A DNA stretch of 29,625 nt from Halalkalibacterium halodurans. Its GTDB lineage: Bacteria > Bacillota > Bacilli > Bacillales > Bacillaceae_D. Positions 8,158 to 14,124 of this stretch are shown here, in pieces. Position 1 is the first letter of the stretch; each line of letters opens with the position of its first letter. Location: positions 1 through 29,625 of the forward strand of contig NZ_SNUY01000056.1 in assembly GCF_004376175.1 (NCBI RefSeq), in the 5' to 3' direction. The position numbers were made by a program, and so were the translations under genes. The notes under the pieces are model-generated. The model ran no database searches. It was given only the letters and a program-made list of their open reading frames with translations, and was not told the origin of the DNA.

Positions 8158-8329
8158 CTACTCAATTACCAAACTATACCAGTTTGGACGTTAGGATGGA
8201 TTATCCCCTGTAAGAAATTTTAATTCGTTCTACTTCTATCCAGTAGTACTGGTGAGATTACTATTTGGTGTTAGTGAAATTTGGAGAATACATGAGTATT
8301 AGCGAGAAAATTAAACTTTATTGAGGGAG

Positions 8330-8881
8330 GTATTGGATCAAATCCCCTGCCTTCTTCCCCATGTGATCTTAATGGACATTCAAATGCCTATAATGAATGG
8401 GATTGAATGTTTAAAGGTAGTTAAGAGAATTTATCCCCACATTAACGTATTGATGTTAACAACGTTTGAAGATGATGATTACATTATTGAAAGTTTGGTC
8501 GGTGGAGCCAATGGTTTTTTGTTGAAAGATTTAAATTATGACCAACTGATCTATTCCATACGTCAATCGGTTGATGGACAGATGTTAATCCCTAACTCCA
8601 TTGCCGTTAAGCTAGCCAAACAGCTCTCTAAATATAATGAGCTGACTGAAGTGGATTTACAAATTGAAAAGTTAAAAAAAGAAGGGTTGCATTTTTCTGA
8701 ACGGGAACGACAAATTGCCTCCCTTTTAGCCCAAGGATTGACGAATAAAAAAATTGCCGAGAAACTTTATATTACGGAAGGTACTGTGAAAAATTACATA
8801 AGTGAAATTTATAGCAAGATCGGGATCCGTGATCGGATGCAAGCTTCCACCTATTTGCGAGATTTAGGAATCAATGACTAG
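8330..8881 (+). pseudogene. NarL/LuxR-family response regulator, C-terminal fragment
   Basis: Remainder of the receiver domain (PHVILMDIQMPIMNGIE..., LMLTTFEDDDYI) plus a LuxR-type HTH (ERERQIASLLAQGLTNKKIAEKLYITEGTVKNYISEIYSKIGIRDRMQA). Confidence 0.8.
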
Positions 8882-9034
8882 AGAGCTAGCCAGAAAGTGC
8901 AAGTTTAAGCTATCTGTCTTGTAACAGCTTCACACGAATTGACTACCTCTTTTCATTTGAAGATACATATAGGGGAGATATGATCTCATAACAGAATAAC
9001 CAAGGATACTACACCTATAGATTCTTCTTGATTA

Positions 9035-9084
9035 CAGAAAAACGCTTATCTAGTCTTTTAGAACACTAGATAAGCGTTTTTCTG
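9035..9084. terminator. Bidirectional rho-independent terminator
   Basis: Perfect 20-bp inverted repeat cagaaaaacgcttatctagt (9035-9054) / actagataagcgtttttctg (9065-9084), with an A-run on the 5' arm and a T-run on the 3' arm. Confidence 0.7.
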
Positions 9085-9291
9085 GCTAAAACTTATAAAA
9101 AAAGTTATGCATTTAATTGTATAGTTTCATCATTTTTACTCACTTTTTAGTTGAATATTATGGAAATAATAAGCAAGCTACCTAGAATTAATACGCCCTT
9201 AATGACCGTTCCCTCTTTAAATTACAACTTCCTCAATATGTTATATAAATTACCTTTGTTTTTATTAATTTGTACTTAGTATAGCAAGTTT

Positions 9292-9307
9292 GTTCTTTAT
9301 AAAGAAA
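9292..9307. promoter_or_regulatory. SinR-type operator (palindrome, 1 mismatch)
   Basis: gttctttataaagaaa. The left half, GTTCTTT, matches the SinR consensus GTTCTYT. It lies just upstream of the -35 box at 9315. Confidence 0.55.
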
Positions 9308-9314
9308 TGAAAAG

Positions 9315-9343
9315 TTGATAAACCTTCTCGCTTCCTTTATAAT
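9315..9343 (+). promoter_or_regulatory. Sigma-A promoter of the PilZ-like gene
   Basis: TTGATA (9315-9320), 17-nt spacer, TATAAT (9338-9343). Confidence 0.65.
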
Positions 9344-9359
9344 GTTCTTTATAAAGAAC
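9344..9359. promoter_or_regulatory. SinR-type operator (perfect 16-bp palindrome)
   Basis: GTTCTTTATAAAGAAC abuts the -10 box and so covers the expected transcription start. Its centre is 52 bp from the centre of the 9292-9307 site. Confidence 0.6.
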
Positions 9360-9383
9360 AATTTCAGTAAGGAGAGGTTGACG

Positions 9384-9779
9384 TTGAGGTCCATCCCCTG
9401 TTTAACCGAACCATTTTATGCTAAGTTAAAAATTATACAGGTTCATAGGCGACAGATCTCCTCTAAGGATTCGCTTGTTCAAGTTATTGAATTAGATATG
9501 AGAAAGCTTCGGTTTCGATCCGATTTAAAATTTCCTGTCTCTTCTAATGTTGTTTATGCTTTGTATGCCGAATTACTCGACTGTGAGTTTGAATTTGTTG
9601 GAACGATCGTTAAATCGATTTTCTTACAAAAACGAGCGGGCTTTGAATATCAACTGAACTACCTTGAAGGCGTACGTACAAAAAAGCCTTCAGCCGGTGC
9701 ACTGCTTTCTGCCATCGCCTTTCTCGAAGCACTAGGTCATGAAGAAGGCCAACTAAACGCAAAAGCCAACAATCTCTAA
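9384..9779 (+). CDS. Hypothetical protein, PilZ-like beta-barrel with degenerate c-di-GMP motifs
   Basis: TTG 9384 lies 6 nt after RBS aaggagagg. The longer track ORF starts inside the -35 box and is rejected. The pattern VQVIELDMRKLRFRSDLKFPVSSNVVYALYAELLDCEFEFVGTIVK...FEYQLNY follows the PilZ strand layout. However RxxxR is not intact (HRRQISS) and DxSxxG is replaced by DMRKLR. The functional call is tentative. Confidence 0.5.
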   Translation: MRSIPCLTEPFYAKLKIIQVHRRQISSKDSLVQVIELDMRKLRFRSDLKFPVSSNVVYALYAELLDCEFEFVGTIVKSIFLQKRAGFEYQLNYLEGVRTKKPSAGALLSAIAFLEALGHEEGQLNAKANNL

Positions 9780-9799
9780 CGTTCTGATTGTTGGCTTTT
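9761..9799. terminator. Bidirectional terminator spanning the overlapping stop codons of the PilZ-like gene and sinR
   Basis: 13-bp perfect arms aaaagccaacaat (9761-9773) / attgttggctttt (9787-9799). Both stop codons (taa 9777-9779 on plus, tag 9776-9778 on minus) sit in the loop. Confidence 0.7.
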
Positions 9800-10111
9800 C
9801 CATTTTTGGAATTCAAGATATTCCTTAAATTGGTCTTTGCTTATCCCTGATTCCATTGCTTCCTTGACTAGTTTCTTCCAATCTTCATCAAGCTCTTCTC
9901 TGCTAGTAGTGTCTTGTGTTGATTGTAATAAAGATTCGACAGAAACGTCCAGCACTTGGGAAATTTTTTCTAAGAAGTGAATGGATGGATTGGTTTGAAT
10001 GTTCCGCTCAATTGAACTAAGATACGATTTGGCCACTCCTGCCCGCTCTGCTAACTCGGAAAGAGAAAGCTCTTTTTCCAATCGGTACTTCTTTACACGT
10101 TCTCCAATCAT
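9776..10111 (-). CDS. sinR: SinR, master repressor of biofilm matrix genes (Xre-type HTH plus SinI/SinR oligomerisation helix)
   Basis: MIGERVKKYRLEKELSLSELAERAGVAKSYLSSIERNIQTNPSIHFLEKISQVLDVSVESLL ... KDQFKEYLEFQKWK is nearly collinear with B. subtilis SinR. Start taken at ATG 10111 (MIG...), as in B. subtilis. Confidence 0.9.
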   Translation of the reverse strand: MIGERVKKYRLEKELSLSELAERAGVAKSYLSSIERNIQTNPSIHFLEKISQVLDVSVESLLQSTQDTTSREELDEDWKKLVKEAMESGISKDQFKEYLEFQKWKSQQSER

Positions 10112-10152
10112 CAAGACCGTTCCTCTCTTTGCTTACCGAATTCGTTGTCATC

Positions 10153-10182
10153 ATTATAACAACGAATTGAATGTTCTGTAAA
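10153..10182 (-). promoter_or_regulatory. Candidate internal sigma-A promoter for sinR, in the sinI-sinR spacer
   Basis: On the minus strand: TTTACA (10182-10177), 18-nt spacer, TGtTATAAT extended -10 (TATAAT = 10158-10153). Confidence 0.5.
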
Positions 10183-10188
10183 TAGAAC
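10173..10188. promoter_or_regulatory. Variant SinR-type operator GTTCT-N6-AGAAC overlapping the -35 box of the internal sinR promoter
   Basis: gttctgtaaatagaac has the same GTTCT/AGAAC arms and 6-nt spacing as the GTTCTTTATAAAGAAC sites, with a divergent centre. Confidence 0.4.
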
Positions 10189-10191
10189 CTA

Positions 10192-10323
10192 TTAGATGAT
10201 CTTGATTTTCTCTTTTTGTGAAACAGTTAAAAAGGAGCGGACTTCTTCAATAGTTAATCCTATTCTTTTTGCCTCCACGATTAATGCATACCATTCTTGA
10301 TCAAGAACTTTTTCTCCATTCAT
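10192..10323 (-). CDS. sinI: SinI, SinR antagonist
   Basis: 43-aa ORF absent from the supplied track: MNGEKVLDQEWYALIVEAKRIGLTIEEVRSFLTVSQKEKIKII, with RBS ggaggg 6 nt upstream. The core LDQEWxxLxVEAKxxxxxxEExRxxL matches B. subtilis SinI (LDQEWVELMVEAKEANISPEEIRKYL). It lies directly upstream of sinR. Confidence 0.8.
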   Translation of the reverse strand: MNGEKVLDQEWYALIVEAKRIGLTIEEVRSFLTVSQKEKIKII

Positions 10324-10513
10324 CCTTGTCCCTCCACAAAAGATTTGATCCAATTACACATAGCCGTTCCCATAACGTCTCAGAAATCTTTGTGACTACG
10401 AATCCCTTACCTATTTTAAATAACATTACGTCATAAGTTTAGTTACTTCGGTCATACTTCCAGTCATAATTTATTTGTGCTTTCTGAAAATTTTTGACTA
10501 ATTTGTCGGTTCA

Positions 10514-11098
10514 TTAGTATAGGGCCTCGGTCATCTCGGCTTGTACAATTAGGCGATGGGTCGGATCTTTCACAGGATCACACGTAATGAGCGTAAGTAC
10601 TGGAGCTGTTCCGTCATGTTGTAAAATGTCGATATTCGTAGGTTCAACAACTGTTATACTGTAAACCGTATATCGATACATGTGATTATTCGTTGTGACG
10701 GTAATGACATCCCCTACTTCGACTTCATCGAGCCGATTAAATTGCCTACCGTATGTTCGACTTCGGTGAGCGGCGATCGCTGCGTTCCCTTTTTCTCCGA
10801 TTGGTGATGACTCAATCATATGGCCGGCCCCAACTTTTAACGTCTCTTGATCAACACCTTGTAAGACTGGGAGCTTTAAAGAAATTTTCTCGATCTCTAA
10901 TACACCGATCGCATGTGGTTCTTCGCTAGAAAGGAGGTGTGGTTCTTCATTTGAAAAGGCTTCAAGCTCCCTATTTATTTTTTCATATGAATCAATCAAT
11001 CGGGTTTCGTAGAACGAATAATACTCGGTCTGTAATCTTGGAAAAAACATAAAAAGTAAGCCGAAACTAATGAACAAAACAGCTGTAATCGTTCTCAT
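10514..11098 (-). CDS. Sortase (membrane-anchored cysteine transpeptidase), probably dedicated to the adjacent LPQTG protein
   Basis: N-terminal TM segment. Catalytic His (NAAIAAHRS), TLITC cysteine motif and conserved Arg (THRLIVQAE). The start ATG overlaps the stop of the upstream gene (ATGA). Confidence 0.9.
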   Translation of the reverse strand: MRTITAVLFISFGLLFMFFPRLQTEYYSFYETRLIDSYEKINRELEAFSNEEPHLLSSEEPHAIGVLEIEKISLKLPVLQGVDQETLKVGAGHMIESSPIGEKGNAAIAAHRSRTYGRQFNRLDEVEVGDVITVTTNNHMYRYTVYSITVVEPTNIDILQHDGTAPVLTLITCDPVKDPTHRLIVQAEMTEALY

Positions 11099-11760
11099 GA
11101 TCCTCCTTCTAGCGACTCCTTACGATTTTTTCGGATGAGAAAGACGATACCGATTGAAAGAAGAAGAATCCCGATCAAATACATCCATGTCTGCACGGCT
11201 TCACCTGTTTGTGGTAATATCCCGCCCGGTCCACTCATCGAACCATCTGCTGGAAAATCAATTGGAGGCTGGAGCGTGCTTAACCGACCTTCCGAACGAA
11301 TCTGAAAGACAATGTCAGTCTGCAATCCTTGATATTCATTACCTGCCTCTTCTGGGAAAGTGACTGTAATAAATAACACATCGTCTTCACCTGAGGATAG
11401 AGCTCTTGAATCTAGCTTACGAAAATCTTTTAATTTTCCTGAGTGCAACGTCTGCCATTCATCTTTAATCGTTACATCCATGATGTTGTATAGCGCTTTC
11501 GAGCCTGAAACAAAAGAAGCTGACAAGACATAAGTACGATCATCCCCCTGGTTTACTATTATTAGTTCACGCGGAATCCAATCCCCTGGCTTTAAATGGT
11601 CCACGGAGAATAAAACATCTGCTGGGAACGTTTCAATATCGATCGTTGGCATCCGATCTGATGTAGCATATCCTGTCGTTGGAAATAAGAGCAACAAGAA
11701 GCTTATCATCAGTATCATTATCCTCAATATAATCACCACCCCACGAAAAAGAAAATCCAT
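11095..11760 (-). CDS. TasA/CalY-family (Peptidase_M73-like) protein with a C-terminal LPXTG cell-wall sorting signal
   Basis: It has the TasA-family hallmarks LKPGDWIPRELIIVNQGD and GNEYQGLQTDIVFQIRSE (compare LKPGD...NNG and NKYQG...F.F in TasA). The C-terminus is LPQTGEAVQTWMYLIGILLLSIGIVFLIRKNRKE, that is LPXTG plus a hydrophobic span plus a basic tail. The true start is probably internal (TTG 11727, ATG 11718 or ATG 11709), giving a signal peptide ending in TTGYA. Confidence 0.75.
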   Translation of the reverse strand: MDFLFRGVVIILRIMILMISFLLLLFPTTGYATSDRMPTIDIETFPADVLFSVDHLKPGDWIPRELIIVNQGDDRTYVLSASFVSGSKALYNIMDVTIKDEWQTLHSGKLKDFRKLDSRALSSGEDDVLFITVTFPEEAGNEYQGLQTDIVFQIRSEGRLSTLQPPIDFPADGSMSGPGGILPQTGEAVQTWMYLIGILLLSIGIVFLIRKNRKESLEGGS

Positions 11761-11861
11761 CCATTTTATGAGAGATTTCAGCGACTGTTGGTTTTAGCTT
11801 TACTTCTACTTACCTACCCTCAACGCGCTTCACTACTAAATTTTTGTATGAATCATCACGT

Positions 11862-11902
11862 TGAAGAAAAAGTCAAGGCAATGGACGTACATCACCTTGA
11901 CT
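11862..11902 (-). terminator. Probable partial terminator/attenuator after tasA
   Basis: On the minus strand, 8-bp stem agtcaagg / ccttgact (11902-11895 and 11878-11871) followed by ttttctt. Confidence 0.5.
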
Positions 11903-11923
11903 CCTATCGGGTTTTCGTTGTAT

Positions 11924-12556
11924 TTAACGCGCTTGACCTGGTTTTTGTGTTGCTTCAAGTTCATGAGTAACTTTAAGTGTCAAGCCTTGATATTTATTTT
12001 GAACGAATTCTCTTGAACCTTCTTTCCGTTCATCAGTCGGAACGAAAGTAATTTTCATTTTTAATCGATCGGTATGACCGACTGGTAAGTCTTTTTTACC
12101 TGATTCCCAGATTAGCCACCTGCGATAGTTATCCGCGATATTTCCAGATTGACTTTCGAGTTCAGCTAATGTTTTTCCAGAGATTTCTGGAATAATTTTT
12201 CCTTCATTGCTTAGGAAATCGACTCTTAATTGGGTAGCAAAGTCAGCTCCCTCATCAGAGGATTTTAATTTCTTACCATTTTTATACACTTCTGTTTGTG
12301 TGAACATAAGTACTTCATGAATATCAAGTGTTCCATTATTTGTAATTGTAAACTTGCGCGTCATGTGGTCTCCGGGCTTCAAATTATTTACATCAAAGAC
12401 GATTGTTGGATCAACACCTAGATCGATTGTACCGGCAGCAAAGGAACTCTCAATCGTTTCCACATCGTTAAACCACGCATACGTTCCTCCACCTAAAAGT
12501 GAAACCCCTACCGCTGCGGTAATAACCGCCATCCCTACTTTTCTTTTAATTGTCAT
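11924..12556 (-). CDS. tasA: TasA/CalY-family biofilm matrix fibre protein
   Basis: SipW-type signal and mature N-terminus VSLLGGGTYAWFNDVETIESSFAAGTIDL, then NLKPGDHMTRKFTITNNGTLDI and VQNKYQGLTLKVTHELEATQ. Collinear with B. subtilis TasA. RBS aaggagga. Confidence 0.9.
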   Translation of the reverse strand: MTIKRKVGMAVITAAVGVSLLGGGTYAWFNDVETIESSFAAGTIDLGVDPTIVFDVNNLKPGDHMTRKFTITNNGTLDIHEVLMFTQTEVYKNGKKLKSSDEGADFATQLRVDFLSNEGKIIPEISGKTLAELESQSGNIADNYRRWLIWESGKKDLPVGHTDRLKMKITFVPTDERKEGSREFVQNKYQGLTLKVTHELEATQKPGQAR

Positions 12557-12637
12557 AAAGAGTCCTCCTTAAATATTCCCCCAAATGTTAGGTTGAAGGG
12601 GTTTTTTATCTATGAAAACCGCCAAATGCGGATTTCA

Positions 12638-13207
12638 TCATGAGGTTTGATCCACTTGCTTTTGCTCCTGACGTTTTTCAAGCGTCCCAATCGCTCGCCA
12701 AAGCGTAATGATGGAATACAAGATAAGTAAAACCCCAGGAACAATCATTAAGAGTGCCGTTCCTTCTTTCGTCGTTGCAAATGTGAGAATGTATCCTAGG
12801 TACGGGACAGTAAATCCTGTGTATTCACCAACGACATTGGCTGCCAGTACAGGCTCAAGATCAGCCGCGTCATTGTTATCCCCTTTTGTTACATATTGAA
12901 CATGGTCTCCGTTTTGCAGCACCTCTACAATTCGGTGCGTGACAAGTGTATTGTCTTCTTTTAAAAAGGTAATGACATCTCCGGCCTGAAAACCAGTTCC
13001 ATTGCCTTCTACTTGTTTCACAGCTATAATCGAGCCTGTATGGAATGCAGGCTCCATTGAGCCGGAGAGAACCACATTTAATTGATGACCAAACACGGTT
13101 GGTTTTCCGCCAGAGGCATGAGAAATAATCGAGAGCATCGCGACGGAGATCATTAATAGAAAAAGAAGAAACGTCATTGATTTACTAATGATTTTCAGTA
13201 TCTTCAT
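12638..13207 (-). CDS. sipW: Signal peptidase I, SipW (ER/archaeal) type
   Basis: SGSMEP catalytic box, HRIV and GDNN motifs, plus a C-terminal TM segment. Start set at ATG 13207; GTG 13213 and TTG 13234 are alternatives. It overlaps the 3' end of the TapA-like gene by at least 23 nt. Confidence 0.88.
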   Translation of the reverse strand: MKILKIISKSMTFLLFLLMISVAMLSIISHASGGKPTVFGHQLNVVLSGSMEPAFHTGSIIAVKQVEGNGTGFQAGDVITFLKEDNTLVTHRIVEVLQNGDHVQYVTKGDNNDAADLEPVLAANVVGEYTGFTVPYLGYILTFATTKEGTALLMIVPGVLLILYSIITLWRAIGTLEKRQEQKQVDQTS

Positions 13208-13958
13208 CGGCACCTTGCTCCCCTCCAGTTTCAAGATGGTTCTGTTTCGTGCGGCCTTCTTGCTCCTCTATGTCAGAATGCTCCTTTTCTTCGTTTTTCG
13301 GCGAAGGAAAATCGCTAGACTCGTCTTCTTCCAGGGTTGTGTCTTCCTCAAATGTCTCTTTATCTTCCTCCATTGAGCTTCTTTCTGCTTCGTCTATCTT
13401 TTCTTCAGGCTGTTTACAATCTTTCAAAACAAATGCATCCCCATCTTGCCAAACTTCGCCTTCTTCAGGGTGCCCCTCTTCTTGATAGACTTTAAACTTA
13501 TAGCGACCTGGTTCTGTTGGTTCGTATGTCAATTCCAATGTTTCTCCTGCTTTGAGAGGATCAATGGTACCTTCATAAAGGATTGTTTCATCCGTAAACG
13601 TTGGCTTGCCTTTCAAGTTTGGATCAAAGTACACAACATATGTAATGCTTTTTTTCATGTCACCGTCGCCAGCATTTTTAATCGTTACTGATAGTTCTTC
13701 ACAAGAACCTTTTTGCTCCCCTTGTAGGAACGTGAGAGAACTACCCCTCCATTCTTCTTTTACGTCATCTTTTCCATCGTCCCACTCACCTGCGTTCGTC
13801 GAATGTTCAATGGTGACAACTGCATTGAAGGAAGCAGTCGTAGGCTGTGTGATGGAAGCGAGCGAAAAACATAACAAATAGATAAGAATAAATGTTTTTA
13901 CAAAAATAGAGAAAGCTACTTTCTTTTTTTGTCGAGCAGTTAAGCGATCTTTGCGCAA
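13185..13958 (-). CDS. TapA-like secreted protein (TasA-type signal, CARDB-like beta-sandwich, acidic tail)
   Basis: Start proposed at TTG 13958, with RBS gggggtga 7 nt upstream, giving MRKDRLTARQKKKVAFSIFVKTFILIYLLCFSLASITQPTTASFNAVVTIE. This resembles the TapA/TasA signal and the T.A.F.D.E junction. The middle part (IKNAGDGDM ... PLKAGETLELTY ... GRYKF) resembles a CARDB-type Ig-like domain. The C-terminal ~70 aa are very rich in D and E. The position, first in the sipW-tasA operon, matches tapA. Confidence 0.55.
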   Translation of the reverse strand: MRKDRLTARQKKKVAFSIFVKTFILIYLLCFSLASITQPTTASFNAVVTIEHSTNAGEWDDGKDDVKEEWRGSSLTFLQGEQKGSCEELSVTIKNAGDGDMKKSITYVVYFDPNLKGKPTFTDETILYEGTIDPLKAGETLELTYEPTEPGRYKFKVYQEEGHPEEGEVWQDGDAFVLKDCKQPEEKIDEAERSSMEEDKETFEEDTTLEEDESSDFPSPKNEEKEHSDIEEQEGRTKQNHLETGGEQGADEDTENH

Positions 13959-13987
13959 AACTCCATCACCCCCAGCAGCTTCGTTTT

Positions 13988-14003
13988 GTTCTTTATAAAG
14001 AAC
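13988..14003. promoter_or_regulatory. SinR-type operator (perfect 16-bp palindrome)
   Basis: GTTCTTTATAAAGAAC, 30 nt upstream of the proposed TapA-like start codon. Confidence 0.6.
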
Positions 14004-14048
14004 TAACACTGTCAGTATAGATCTATACATTAAGAAAAGAAACCTCTG

Positions 14049-14077
14049 TAAAGAACGATAAGGACGATATAACGAAC
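14049..14077. promoter_or_regulatory. Two additional SinR-type half-sites
   Basis: taaagaac (14049-14056, the reverse complement of GTTCTTTA) and aacgaac (14071-14077, the reverse complement of GTTCGTT). Confidence 0.35.
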
Positions 14078-14124
14078 ATTTTTCACACATTCTCTTTGAA
14101 TAACTCATGATTTCTCACGTTTTT

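Larger units (their letters stand above)
6410..8329 (+). mobile_element. IS110-family insertion sequence, copy B (about 1.92 kb), inserted in the response-regulator gene
   Basis: Boundaries are defined by restoring the receiver-domain reading frame. GGAG is present at both junctions (6406-6409 and 8326-8329), so each boundary is ambiguous by up to 4 nt. Layout is a short 5' non-coding end (~120 nt) and a long 3' non-coding end (517 nt). Confidence 0.8.

Noticed and set aside
9315-9383. N-terminal extension of the track ORF 9315-9779
   Set aside because: The proposed start coincides with the -35 hexamer TTGATA. The extension would include the -10 box and a perfect operator palindrome. A strong RBS precedes the in-frame TTG at 9384.
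10504-10510. tgtcggt resembling a Spo0A box (TGTCGAA) upstream of sinI
   Set aside because: Only 5 of 7 positions match. It lies immediately after the sortase stop codon, about 180 nt from sinI. Not convincing without a PWM score or conservation.
12557-12637. Weak hairpin (ccgc/gcgg plus T-run) between sipW and tasA
   Set aside because: The stem is only 4-5 bp, so it is unlikely to be an efficient terminator. sipW-tasA is expected to be co-transcribed.
13188-13881. Several plus-strand ORFs (62-91 aa) antisense to the TapA-like gene. Similar antisense ORFs occur inside parC, parE, glcB, glcD and glcF.
   Set aside because: Each is fully embedded antisense in a well-supported gene. They lack RBSs and have S/F/L-rich low-complexity translations typical of antisense frames.
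13959-14108. N-terminal 50 codons of the track ORF 13185-14108
   Set aside because: The extension contains the perfect SinR-type palindrome and further half-sites, has no RBS, and encodes no signal-like sequence. TTG 13958 gives a canonical signal peptide.
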